64,000 bases of DNA. Source: Isurus oxyrinchus. Lineage: Eukaryota. The notes under the pieces are model-generated. The model worked only from the letters and a program-made list of their open reading frames with translations, was not told the origin of the DNA and did not search any database. The stretch lies in assembly GCA_026770705.1 (NCBI GenBank), contig JANJGN010000004.1:139996001-140060000 (forward strand). The letters run 5' to 3'. The first letter of the stretch is position 1; the number at the start of each line of letters is the position of its first letter. Below are positions 51,301-63,070 of this stretch, piece after piece. Position numbers and translations under genes: made by a program.

Positions 51301-52285
51301 TACATCAGTCCTTTCCTTGGAATCATGTTTCTACTAATTTTAGATGCTCATTCCAAGTGGTTAGGCGTTAAAGACGTAAAGTTGCCAACATCAGGCGCTA
51401 CTATAGAAAAACTACACCAAAGCTTCGTCATCCGTGAATTGCCAGAGGTAATCGTCTCAGATAATGGTACTGCATTTATGAACACTGAGCTTCAATGATT
51501 TGTCAGCATCAATTATATCAACCACGTGAAGACTGAACCGTACCATCTGCCATCTAATGGACTGGCGGAGAGAGCAGTACAAACTTTTAAGGTGGGAATG
51601 AGAAAGTAAACAGGTGAGTCATTGGAAATTAAACTTGCTCATTTCCTATTTCACTACAGAGCAACCCCCCACACTATGACAGGTGCAACACCTGCAGAAT
51701 TACTGATGAGGCGCCGTTTTCAAACAAGACTAAGCCTGATACTTCCCAATTTGGAGGGGAAGGTGGAGAAAAGTCAAGGGAACCAAAGAGCGACTCATGA
51801 TTTGCATAGTCGTGAGCAACAATTTACTGTTGGAGAAGCAGTATATGTAAGGAATTTTGGTGGAGGACTGAAGTGGTTACTTGGTAAAGTAAGCTCTGTC
51901 GTATCACATGGAAGCGAAGGGCTAGACCACCCGTAAGCATGTGGATCATTTAAGGAAAAGGGATTCCCCCAACAAAATGATGTTCCACCTGTAACCATTG
52001 ATAAACCTGCGATTCCTGTTGAAGTTGCTCAACCAAGGACAGACATGCCCAATGTCTCTGTAGGAGTGGAAGACACTGAACTGCCTGTGCCTAATGAGGT
52101 ACCTGATGTTAATGTGATTCCAGAGAATGTGGTTTCTGCCAAAGAATCGGAAGTCGTGGAGCTGCGACGTTCCACACGGATCAGGAAACCACCTGAAAGG
52201 CTGAACTTGTGATTTCATGACCTGTGTAAATATTGTAATGCCATGACATAAATATCCTTGTAAATACAAAGTGTGCAGAAAGGTT

Positions 52286-52298
52286 AAATGGGGAGGAA
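52286..52298 (+). other. Polypurine tract of the Gypsy element
   Basis: aaatggggaggaa directly before the TG of the 3' LTR. Confidence 0.85.
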
Positions 52299-52391
52299 TG
52301 TAGTAATTATAGTTTTGGACTCTAGCTTTAAGAACAATCCTCTGTTGTAAGATCACATGATCCTCTTGGAGAGAGTTCTTCTCTAGTTATA

Positions 52392-52948
52392 GGCCTGAGG
52401 CTTCAGCTTGGCGAGCGGAGGCGGGGCCTGCTTGCCGAGGCATAAAATGACAGGCGGTGACATTGGGCGGGCGTCCCGACATCACCACGCGTCATTTAGA
52501 TTTTCAGTTCGGCGGGCAGACAACCGACTCGGCTACACACCCACTGAACTGTCAAAGGCCTATTGAGGAGTTAAATATCAATTAAACTAATAAACTGAGC
52601 TGCCCGTCCAACCTTAAGGTTGGCGAGCAGGCGAAGAACCCAGGAGGCCTTCACATTTTTCATGGAACCTCATCCACGGGCGGGATGAGGTTTCATGAAG
52701 TGTTTATAAATTGAATAAAAATTTTTATAAAAATTCATTGACATTTACCAGCTCATCTGACACTGTCACATGAGGCAACATGTCTTTAACTTTTTTCTTT
52801 CCTTTATTTATATTTTGAAACTTAAACTAATCTCCCTGAGGCAGCTCTGTGCCTCAGGGAGAGCGGACCTGATCGGGGGCGCCGATCAGGTCCATGCCCG
52901 CCCCCACACAACCCCCCCCCCCCAACGGTGGGGGATGGAATTCTCCCC
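52392..52948 (+). mobile_element. Harbinger MITE inserted in the Gypsy 3' LTR, 3-bp TSD ATA
   Basis: The 5' LTR has a single ...tagatatagagttt. The 3' LTR has tagttATA[MITE]ATAgagttt. Internally colinear with 25496-26090. Confidence 0.92.
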
Positions 52949-55680
52949 ATAGAGTTTGATGCACATATGTATTTGCTGCTGCTGTCTTGTAAATACAGTT
53001 AAATGTGTCCACCAAGAAAAGTTGTCTGTAAAATCAACTCTAACAGTTGATAAATCCCCTGGGCCAGAAGGAGCTACATCTCAGAGCGCTGAAGGAAGTC
53101 ACTATAGAGATCATGGATGCATTGCTGCTTACCTTTCAAAATTCTATAGATTGTGGAAAAGTTTCTGCAGACTGGAAAGTAGCAAATGTAACCATACTAT
53201 TTAAGGAGGGAGGGAGAGGGAGAACAGAGAATTACAGACCTGTTAGTTTGCCGTCAGTAGTAGGGAAAATGTTAGGATCTATCATAAAGGATGTGATAAC
53301 TGGACATTCAAAAATAATGGTTCAATTGGGCAGAATCAACACAGATTTATGAACGGGAAATCATGTTAGACAAACCTGTTGGAGTTTTTTTGAGGATGTT
53401 ACTTATAGGACAGATAAAGGAGAATCAGTGGATGTGGTGTATTTGGATTTTCAGAAAGCTTTTGATACAGTCCCACACAGGTTAGTAAACAAAATTAGTG
53501 CACATGAGATTGGGAGTAATATACTAGTACAGACTGAGAATTGATTAAGAGACAGCAAGCAAAGAGGAGGAATAAATGGGTCATTCTCAGGATGGCAGGC
53601 TGTTATTTGTAGGGTACCACAAGGATCAGTGCTAGAGCCACAGTTGTTCACAATCTATATAAACTATTTAGATGTGGGAACCAATTGTAATATTTCCAAA
53701 GTTGCTGGTGACACAAAACGAGGATGGAATGTAAGCTGTGAAGAGGATGCAAGGAGGCTTCAAGCAGACTTGGACGACTAAGTGGGCAAGATCATCGCTG
53801 ATGGAATATATTGTGAATAAGTGTCAAGGTATCCACTTTGGTACATAAACAGAAAGACAGAATATTTCTTAAATGGTGAGAAGTTGGGAAGTGTTGGTGT
53901 CCAAAGGGACCTGGGTGTCCTTGTCCATGAGTCACTAAAAGCTAGCATGCAGGTGCAGCAAGCAGTTAGGAAGGCAAATGGTATGTTGGCCTTCATTGTA
54001 AGGGGATTTGAGTGCAGGAGTAAGGATGTCTTGGTGCATTGTATGGAGCCTTGGTGGGAATGCACCTGGAGTATTGTGTACAGTTTTCATCTCCTTATCT
54101 AAAGAAGGATATACTTGCCATAGGGGAAGTAACAAGGGAGATTCACCAGGCTAATCCCTGGGATGGTGGGATTTTCTTATGAGGAGAGATTGAGGAAACT
54201 GGGCCTGTATTCTCTATAATTTCAAAGAATGAGAAGTAATCTCATTGAAACTTACAAAATTCTTGCAGGGTGTGACAGGGTACATGTAGGTAGGACGTGT
54301 CCCTTGGCTGGTGAGTCTAGAACCAGGGGCGCTTCTTTCTAAATAAATGGTAGGCCATTCAAAACTGAAATGAGGAGGAATTTCTTCATTCAGAGGGTGG
54401 TGAATCTTTGTAATTCTCTACTCAAGAGGGCTGTAGAAGCTCAATCATTGAGCATGTTCAAGACAGAAATCGATATATTTCTGGAGACAAGTGACATCAA
54501 GTAATATGGGATCGTGCGGGAAAGTGACTTTGAGGTAGATGATCAGCCATGATCTAACTGAATGGCAGAGCAGGCTTGACAGGCTTAATGGCCTATTCCT
54601 GTTCCTATGTTGTGCCAAGGACATTACCTTGGGGAACTCATGCAATGATATTCCGGGACTGAGATAATTGACCTTCAACAACACAACCGTCTTCCTTTGT
54701 GCTAGGTATGACTCCAACCAATAGAGTTTTTGCCCTGATTCCAATCGACTTCAGTTTTGCCAAGGCTCCTTAATGCCACATTCGGTCTAATGCTGCCTTG
54801 ATGTCAAGGGCACTCACTCTTATCACCTCCTGAGTTCCACTCTTTTGTCCATGTTTGGATCATGGCTGTGATGAACTTAGGAACCGAGTGGTCCTGGTGG
54901 AACCCAATTGAGCATCAGTGAGCATGTTATTGCTGAGAGTGCTGTTTGATAACATTGCCCACGACACCTTCCACTAGTTTGTTGATGATTGAGAGTAGAT
55001 TGATGGGGCAGTAAATGGTCGGGTTGGATCTGTCCTGCTTTTTTGTGTGTACAGAACATACCTGGGCAACTTTCCACTTTGCCAGGTAGATGCTAGTGTT
55101 CTGGTGGTATTGGAAAAGCTTGGCTCGGGGCATGGCTAGTTCTGGAGCACGGCTAGTTCTGGAGCACAAGTCATCAGTACTGTTGCCAGAATATTATCAG
55201 GGCCCATAATCTTTGCAGCATGCAGTACCTTCAACCATTTCTTGATATCACGTGGAGTGAATTGAATTCACTGAAGGCTGGCACCTGTGATCGTAAGGAC
55301 CTCAGGAAGAAGCCAAGATGAGTCATTCACCCAGCACTACTGGCTGAAGATTGTTGCAAATGCTTCAGCTTTGTTTTTTGCACTGATTTGCTAGGCTGCC
55401 AAATCATTGAGGATGGGGATATTTGTGGAAGCGCCTCCTTCTGTTCGTTGTTTAATTGTCCACAACAATTCACGACTGGATATGGCAGGACTGCAGGGCT
55501 TAGATCTGATCCGCTGGCTGTCCATCACATGCTGCTTCCTCTGTTTGCCATTTAAGTTGTCCTGTGTTTAGCATCACCAGACTGACACCTAAGTTTTTGG
55601 TATGCCTAGTACTGTTCCTAACATGCCTTCCTCCACTCTTCATTGAGCCAGAGTTGATCTCCCGGTTTGAAAGTAATGTT

Positions 55681-56490
55681 AAAATGGGCAAAGATCTGGT
55701 AAATGGAGTATAATGTGGGAAAATGTAAAATTGTCTATTTTGGCAGGAAGAATATAAAAAGCAGTGTATTATCTCAATGATGAGAAATTACAGAGCTCTG
55801 AGATGCAGAGGGATCTGGGTTTCCTAGGCATCAATTTCAAAAGATTAGTATACAGGTACAGCAAGTAATTAGGAAAGCTGATAGAATATTATCAATTATT
55901 GCGAGGGGAATTGAATACAAAAGTAGAGAGGATATGCTTCAGTTATACAAGGCATTGGTGAGACCACATTTGTGTATTTAAGAAAGAATGTAAATGCATT
56001 GGAAGCAGTTCAGAGAAGGTTTACTAGGCTAATACCTGGAATGAGAGGATTATCTTATGAGGAAAGGTTGGACAGGCCAGGCTTGTATCCACTGGAGCTT
56101 AGAAGAGTAAGAGGCAACTTGATTGAAACATATAAGATCCTGAGGGATCTTGACAAGGTAGCTGTGGAAAGGATGCTTCCTCTTGTGGGAGAATCTAAAA
56201 CTAGGGTCACTGTTTAACAATAGGAGGTTGCCCATTTACAACAGAGATGGGGAGAATTTTTTCCTCTCGGGCGGTTGAGGGTCTTTGGAACTCTTCCTCA
56301 AAAGGTGATGGAGACAGAGTCTTTGAATATTTTTAAGGCAGAGCTAGATAGATTCTTTGATAAGCAAGGGGTGAAAGATTATCAGGGTAGGTGGGAATGT
56401 GAAGTTGAGGTTACAATCAAATCAATGATGATCTTATTAAATGGTGGAGCAGACTTGAGGGGCCAAGTGCTCCTAATTTGAATGTATGTA
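55681..56490 (+). mobile_element. CR1 3' fragment inserted in LINE family B
   Basis: YLRKNVNALEAVQRRFTRLIPGMRGLSYEERL, with tail aatgtatgta. Confidence 0.9.
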
Positions 56491-56619
56491 CGAGTGGTGG
56501 ATATGCCAGGTCATGAGGTTACGGATTGTGATTAAATACAATTCTGCTGCTGTTGATGGCCCACAGCGCCTTATGGGTGCCCAATTTTAAGTTGCTAGAT
56601 CTGTCTGAAATCTAATCCT

Positions 56620-58540
56620 GGGCTGGATTTTGTCCTAATGTCACTGAGTCTGTCAATGCCCTGGAAGATTTTGGGAATCTGGCACAAGAAGGATGCAGCC
56701 ACCTGATCCCAATCATGTGGTGGCAAGTTCATGAATATGTATGGCGTGGGCTTGCTGCTGGATCACATGTTGGGGGCGACTCTGACATCAGGAAACCCAT
56801 GTCACCTGATCCCCATGCAGGTGAAGACACCATGTTTAATGGGCAGGAAGTCCTGTTTAAAAGCTGAAATTCTGCATGCAGTCTTTTTGAGGGAGGATTG
56901 CAGTTAAACTGGATGTGTGAATATCACAACCAAAAACTTGTGAAGGTTCAGGTAGAAGAAACCTCTTTGTTAGTAAAAGTTCATTTGGTGGCATCAACAG
57001 ATCCAACTGTGTTTGCAGATGTCACAATCCACCCAGCGTATTACCCCACAGTTCATGAGAGATCAGTTTGTGACCACCTCCAGGCCACTCGGGAAGGCAG
57101 AGGGATCTTATTTCCATCTGGAGGTGGCAAAAGGCTATCAAGAATTAAGAAGACCTGGATGCTCCATCCAACTGATTGGGTCCAGTGCTGAAAAAGGATG
57201 AATCACCTTCTCCACACTACAAGGGTGAATTTGAGTGTCATACTATCAAGAAGTGGATGAAAGTTGGGTGGAAAAAGTAGGAGCACTGAACCGTTAAGGG
57301 CTAGACCAGGTATTGAAATGTAAAGTGCATCCCCTCACCTGCTTCCATTGTTGCACTGCCTGCAAGTATATGTCACTGGAATCTGTACCTTCCTCTGCAC
57401 CTCACACAGATTTGGTGAGAGTGTGAAGATTGAAGGGCATCTGGGCAATATGACACTTCATGGGACCATGGAGCAGTCCAACAGCAAGGGATTAACCTCA
57501 GCATCACTGGAAACCTTATTTTTTCTCCGTTTATACTAACAGGAAAAAAAGGGCTCACAATACCAGGGAGCGATCCAAGACAAGGGGAGGTGGAGTGCCA
57601 TAGATTCATCCACTGATAGAAGAAGAGATGGAAGCCCTGGAGCTGGCAGGGAAGCAGCACAGAAGATCCATATCTGATGCTGAGTTTGGACTGATTGGTT
57701 TGGAGAGCGAGGAAGAATTGCACTTATCCATTATCTCTGAAGATCCTGGCAGTCTGCTGCACCCATGAATGGCATTGGCCCTTAATATTATCATCACTGC
57801 TGTAATTGTTTTTATGTTTCATTTTCAGGGTCAACCGCTGCAGAGTCATGATCAGTCCTCACCTGTTCCACCTCACACCTCCTCGGAGGATGACAGTCTG
57901 ATGTCTCTCAGGGCACAGCGTCATACCTGTCCTTTGCATCCAGCACCAGTACAGATATGCTCACCTTGGTTGGGAGCTGATCATGGGCCAGCCCAAGGTC
58001 AGAATCTGGTGAGCACCGCAAAGTCACACAGATGCAGATGAAGGAGGCAGTGACACATGAGGCCACTGGCAGTTGAAGGGCAGCCCCTGTTGCACCCCTA
58101 GCTGAAGAAGCACCTCTGCTGAGGGCCACACTCAATCTGTTAGAGCTGCAGAGTCAAAAGGGGGAGAATCTGGCAGAGCTGCCTGGGACTTTGAGTAGAC
58201 ATGCACGCACAGCCAATGGAGGAGTCCATCCACGTCCTGAACTCTTAGGTAGGCAAGCACATTGTTTCTTCCATGGAGACGGTGGCAACCATCATGGACA
58301 GACAGGCTTAGAAGACCACACTATGTGGTCCATGCAGACCAGAGCCTATGAGCTCACTACAGTAGTGGGCCAGCGGGAGATTGTAGGTTCACCTGGACAC
58401 CCCTCCAGATGCAGCTCAGTCAATGGGAAGCAGGACAGATGCAACTTGACACATTTGAAGGTTTTTCACAAAGCACTCTGTGTTGTCAGGAGCTCCCCAG
58501 CCCCTCTGCCAGTGACCCAAACTCTTCCAGCGGCAGAGTT
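56620..58540 (+). mobile_element. Second Harbinger remnant carrying a spliced Myb-like gene fragment
   Basis: TIR-like start gggctggatttt. TDWVQC*KRMNHLLH followed by a gt donor, then acceptor ctaacag|gaaaaaa giving a K-AHNTRERSKTRGG motif. No transposase or right TIR was seen. Confidence 0.72.
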
Positions 58541-58544
58541 TTTT

Positions 58545-59175
58545 CATATATTCTTTCATGGGATGTCGGCATCACTGGCTAGGCCAGCATTTATTGCTCA
58601 TCCCTAACTGCCCTTTAGAAGGTGGTGGTGAGCTGCCTTCTTAAACTGTTGCAGTCCTAGTGCTGTTAGGGAGGAAGTTCCACGGTTTTGACTCAGCCAC
58701 AGTGAAGGAACGGTGATATATTTCCCAAGTCTGGATGATGTGTGTCTTGGAGGGGAACTTTCAGGTAATGGTGTTCCCATTTATCTGCTGCCCTTGTCCT
58801 TCTACGTGGTAGCGGTCATGGATTTAGAAGATGCTGTCGAAGGAGTCTTGGTGCATTCCTGCAGTGCATCTTGTACATGGTACACGCTGCTGTTACTGTA
58901 CGTCGGTGGTGGAAGGAGTGAACATTGTGGATGTGGTGCCAATCAAGAAGGCTGCTTTGTCCTGGACAGTGTCAAGCTTCTTGGGTGTTGTTGGAACTAC
59001 ACTCATCCAGCCAAGTAGAGAGTACTCCATCACACTCCTGACTTGTGCCTTATAGATGATGGACAGGCTTTGGGGTGTCAGGAGGTGAGTTACTTGTCAC
59101 AGCCTCCCTATCCTCTGACCTGCTCTTGTAGCCACAGGATTTACATGGCTAGTTTAGATCAGTTTCTGGTCAATC
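58545..59175 (-). mobile_element. LINE family B 3' fragment
   Basis: Colinear with 34570-35200, including the tail. Confidence 0.88.
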
Positions 59176-59928
59176 ACTCTGAACCATTCTCAAAGATATG
59201 AATGTCTGAGTCAAGAAATGCCATTGCTTCCATTAAGCATGTTGCATCCTGTGTCCTTCCATTATTTTTCAAATATGAAAATTCACAACTGTTGATTGCC
59301 GACTTTACAAAACACAAGAACTAGATCTATTCACAGTCAAAATCAATTGCTTGCTTTGAATATATCTTCATTTCAGTATTTTAATGAAGTTTATCATGTC
59401 TTCCCTAATTCATTCAAGTAGCAACAATAAACAGACCATAACCTAATTCATTTAGCATGAAATCTGTACTAATTTATCAACATCTTTTGAAATATTGTGA
59501 CAAAACTGAAAAAGAAAGTTCAGCACTGGCCTGCCCAATGATCCAATGGCCTCCTGTGGCTTGATCGGCTTATTCATAATTACCTTAAGTGGATTTGATG
59601 CTTTTAGTGACTAATTAATAGGCACTCGCACATAGAATCCAAAAGCTAGCTACCAAGCAGCAGTGGTATAGGACTTGGAGCTAATTGCCCATTTGCCATT
59701 ATTATCATTCTAGGTTAAAAATCTTAGAAATTTTAATGTCAAAAATTCATCAGTAACTTGAGGTCAGTGTGCAGAGTTCTGTAAATATATTTTAGGACAT
59801 GACAGCAGTGTAATTGAGCTGTGTACACTCTCTACAGGCACTATTCTAAAAAAAATACGCAGAGGCCAAACTATACTACAAGGCTTTACTAGAATTATTC
59901 GTCTATTTTAGAATCACTTTGTCTTTAC

Positions 59929-60173
59929 CTCTTCAATTTCAGGGAAATCATCTGCTAGGAGTTCCAACTGTAAGGTTTGAATAGTTTGTCCTGGAGCAAA
60001 AGTCACCTCACCCAAGTCCACCTGAAGATCACTGGTAATTTGCTGTTCATTCATTGTGGCAATCCATTGGACTGTGACCGTACCAAGCGTTCCAGCATTT
60101 CGAACAATTGGCACATTTATCTTTGTAGTTTTAGATTCTGGCTCTTCAACAATAAATTCTGTCCTTTCAAAAC
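59929..60173 (-). CDS. ADGRV1: ADGRV1 coding exon A (245 bp, first in window), Calx-beta repeat
   Basis: Acceptor ttgtag|GT, donor GAG|gtaaag. Encodes (G)FERTEFIVEEPESKTTKINVPIVRNAGTLGTVTVQWIAT...GEVTFAPGQTIQTLQLELLADDFPEIEE, recognisably orthologous to vertebrate VLGR1 as recalled. Phase 1 to 0. Confidence 0.95.
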
Positions 60174-60404
60174 CTACAACAGAAAATAAACCTTTATGAT
60201 TAACTAATTTTTTGTATTCTTATATTCCAAACCAATTATTTAAATTAACAAAATATAAATGAACTCAAGTTGTTGGAAAGCATAATGCAGATTGTAATTT
60301 ACAATCATTTAGCAAGTTTGACAGTTAGCAACCTTCAGGGAACATAGACCCTGTCTCAATAATCCGATTTGAGTTCTCTGGGAAAGTGATCTATATAGTG
60401 CTCA

Positions 60405-60560
60405 AGATTGGCTGTATTGTTGGCACTCTCCCCTCTGAATCAGTAGTCATATGTTCAAGTCTCCATCCCAGGAATTAAGTGAACAATCTAGCCCGATTCT
60501 TAATCGCGGGATTGCTGCACTATTCAAAGTGCTGTTTCAAGTGAAATGTTGAACCATTTT
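60405..60560 (+). mobile_element. Degenerate DeuSINE 5' fragment
   Basis: ggcactctcccctctgaatcag...gttcaagtc...gctgcact...gctgtttcaagtgaaatgttgaacc resembles the head of 61313-61768. Confidence 0.55.
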
Positions 60561-61184
60561 GGCCTACGATGGGCCTAAAATAGACAGCATGCCAGGACCA
60601 TATGCCAGTACTGGTGGCTCAAGTCGCAGCAGTAATTGGGCCTTGAACCCCTTCAACATATTGTCAGTAAACAGTTGATCCCAATCAACTGCCATTTTTA
60701 TAATAGAGCTGACTCGGGTCACAAATGCACCAAACAAAAAGAAAAGCAGGCACTTCATGAAAAAAACTCAGATTTATTCAAATAGCCTGAATAACTAGGA
60801 CAAGCAGAAGCTGAGTCTTTTAGAAAATAGCAGGCAAGGGGTTCTGTTCATTCAAGGCCAGAGCGCATATAATCTATAGTGCTCAAGCTATTTTTTTCAA
60901 TGTTTCCTGCAGTGCAGGAAACTCTGTTTTAACAAGGAGGCTGTTGCTGACCTGTGCAGCTTTTTGCAGCAGGACTTGCTGGTTGCTGGACAGTGGTTAT
61001 GTTTTGCCAGTTAAAGTTCACTAAAGCCCTTGAATTCTTTGCCATAGGCAACATTACCTGGAAGGAGGCTACGTCTCCTAAGCTGGAGTGCATGGCTGCA
61101 TCAAACATCCCACCAACTCTCACATTGCCATAGCAAACCAGGAACACTATCGTCTCCATAGAAACCAGAATAGTCATAAAATCC

Positions 61185-62495
61185 TAGAAACATAGAATGG
61201 TTACAGCACAGGAGAATATTTGGCCCTTTGTGTCCATGCTAGCTGTCTGCACGAGCAACTCAGCAAGTCCAACTCACCCACCCTGTTCTCCATAGCCCTG
61301 TAAGCTTTCTTTGTTGGCAGTGGCTTTGTTGGTAGTACTCTCATCATTGAGTCACAAGGTTCCAGGGTCAAGTCCCACTCCAGCATTTGAGCACAAAAAT
61401 CAAGGCTGATGCTCCAGTGCAACACTGAGGGTGTACTGCACTGTCGGAGTTTTGTCTTTCAGATGAGACGTCAAACTGAGGCTTCCATCTGCCTTCTCTG
61501 GTAGATGTAAAAGATCCCATGGCATGATTTTGAGAGTAGGGGAGTTATCTCTGATGTACTGGCCAATATTTATCGCTCAATCAACATTATAAAAATAGAT
61601 CATTACATTGCTGTCTTTTGGAGTTTGTTGTGTGCAAAATTGGCTTCAACAGTTCCTGCATTACAACAATGATTACATTCCAAAAGTGTTTTATCGGCTG
61701 TAAAGTGCTTTGAGGCAGCCAATGGTCGTGAATGGCATTACATAAATGCAAACCTATCTTCTTTCTTTTCAGGTAATTGTCAAATATTCTTTAGAAAACT
61801 ACGTTTGAATCTGCCTCCACCACATTGAGGCAGTGCATTCCAGATTGGAACCAATCAATACGTTAAATAGTTTTCCCTCATGCTGCTATTGGTTCTTTTG
61901 CCATTCACCTTAAATGCGTGTCCTCTGATTCTTGACCCTATTGTCAATGGGAACAGTTTCTCCCTATTTACTCTGTCCAGACAGCTCATGATTTTGAACA
62001 CCACTATCAAATCTCCACTCAATCTTCTCTTCTCTAACGAGAACAGCCCTAATTTATCCAAACTATCCACATAACCAAAGTCCCTCATTCCTGGAACCAT
62101 TCTCATGAATCTTTTCTGCACTCTGTCTAAAGCCTTCCCATCCTTCCTAAAGTGCAGCGCCCAGAATTGGATGCAAAATGCCAGTGGAGGCCAAACAGTG
62201 TTTTATAAATGATTCACTGTAACTTCCATGTTTTGTACTCAACTTATAAGTCATTGGATCTCAAATGCCTTATTAACCACTTTCTCAATCTGCTCTGCCA
62301 TCTTCATAATTTGTGCACGTGCATCCCCAGGTCCCCCTGCTCCTACACCTCTTTTAGAATAGTACCTTCTATTTTATATTGCTTCTTCTCTTTTTCCTAA
62401 CAAGATCAAGAAAATCAGTGGTCTTACTATTGATCCCTGGGGACCTCCACTGTCTACCTTCTTCCAGTCTGAAAAATAACCATTCACTACTACTA
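61185..62495 (-). mobile_element. CR1 3' portion interrupted by a DeuSINE
   Basis: ORF QKRFMRMVPGMRDFGYVDSLDKLGLFSLEKRRLSGDLI, with tail catagaatggttacagcacag at 61190. Confidence 0.88.
61313..61768 (+). mobile_element. Full-length SacSINE1-like DeuSINE
   Basis: tRNA-like head, Deu core (gtctttcagatgagacgtcaaactgagg...gtaaaagatcccatggca) and L2-type tail (ctgtaaagtgctttg...ataaatgcaa...ctttcttt). Flanking ctttcttt on both sides may be the TSD. Confidence 0.85.
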
Positions 62496-62547
62496 TAAAT
62501 GCAAAATATCTAGATGTTGAAAATCTGAAATAAAAACAGACAATATG

Positions 62548-63070
62548 ATTTCAGTGGAGGGGTGGGGGGTGGGGGGGGGGGGGGGGGAGGTGAGGAGGGC
62601 GAGCACACAAGTGCATACATGCACGCAAGTGCATACAGGAAAAACTCCCTGAGGCATAGAACTGCCTCAATGAGATGAAAATATAAAAAATTAAAATTAA
62701 AGCATTTTAATTTGTTAAAAAAACATGTCCCCTCATGTAACTCTGTAACATGAGCAGGGACATGTTAGAAATTAGTATGAAATTTTTCTTTTAATGATGG
62801 ATCGAAACTTCATCCCGCCCATGGATGAGGTTTTGCAAAAAATGCAAAGGCCGCTTGGTCTTTTTGTCTGCCCACCAACCCTAAGTTTGGACAGGCAGCA
62901 AAAAATTTCATTCAATTAGGTAGTTAATGGCCTTTATAAAACTTGTAATTGTCGGCGGGCATGCTGCCAACTCCCGCGTGCGTCCGCCGACCAAAATATT
63001 GCGCTCGCGCATCATTTTACACTCATTTGGGTCACACGTGTGCCCACCCAACGAGCAGAAAATTCTGCCC
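62548..63070 (-). mobile_element. Harbinger MITE (reverse orientation) lying within Penelope-like repeat remnants (62497-62545, 63110-63210)
   Basis: The same three palindromes in reverse order, ending aaaattctgccc. Confidence 0.82.

Larger units (their letters stand above)
48136..53045 (+). mobile_element. Full-length decayed Ty3/Gypsy LTR retrotransposon (Mag-like)
   Basis: TG...CA LTRs at 48136-48367 and 52299-53045, with a perfect 5-bp TSD gttga (48131-48135 / 53046-53050). Internally: gag with CxxC knuckle, protease MEVDTGAS, RT VYLDN, RNase H LTCDASPY and integrase (LHSAHPGI, RLHIDY, VSDNG), in Gypsy order. Confidence 0.97.
47436..54608 (+). mobile_element. CR1 LINE (5'-truncated) interrupted by the Gypsy element
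   Basis: CDHNMIELHI...VVLEKLTGSK|VD at the left resumes as VDKSPGP at 53046, continues through YRPVSL and RT, and ends in the tail cctattcctgttcctatg. Confidence 0.93.
46965..56618 (-). mobile_element. One LINE family B copy split into three pieces (46965-47435, 54609-55680, 56491-56618) by two CR1 insertions
   Basis: The pieces are colinear: ...gatgaagcagatggttg | tgccaaggacattacc... matches the uninterrupted text at about 24440-24480. RT ADDCTMFNII is in piece 1 and WKVAQVCSVH is in piece 2. Confidence 0.85.
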
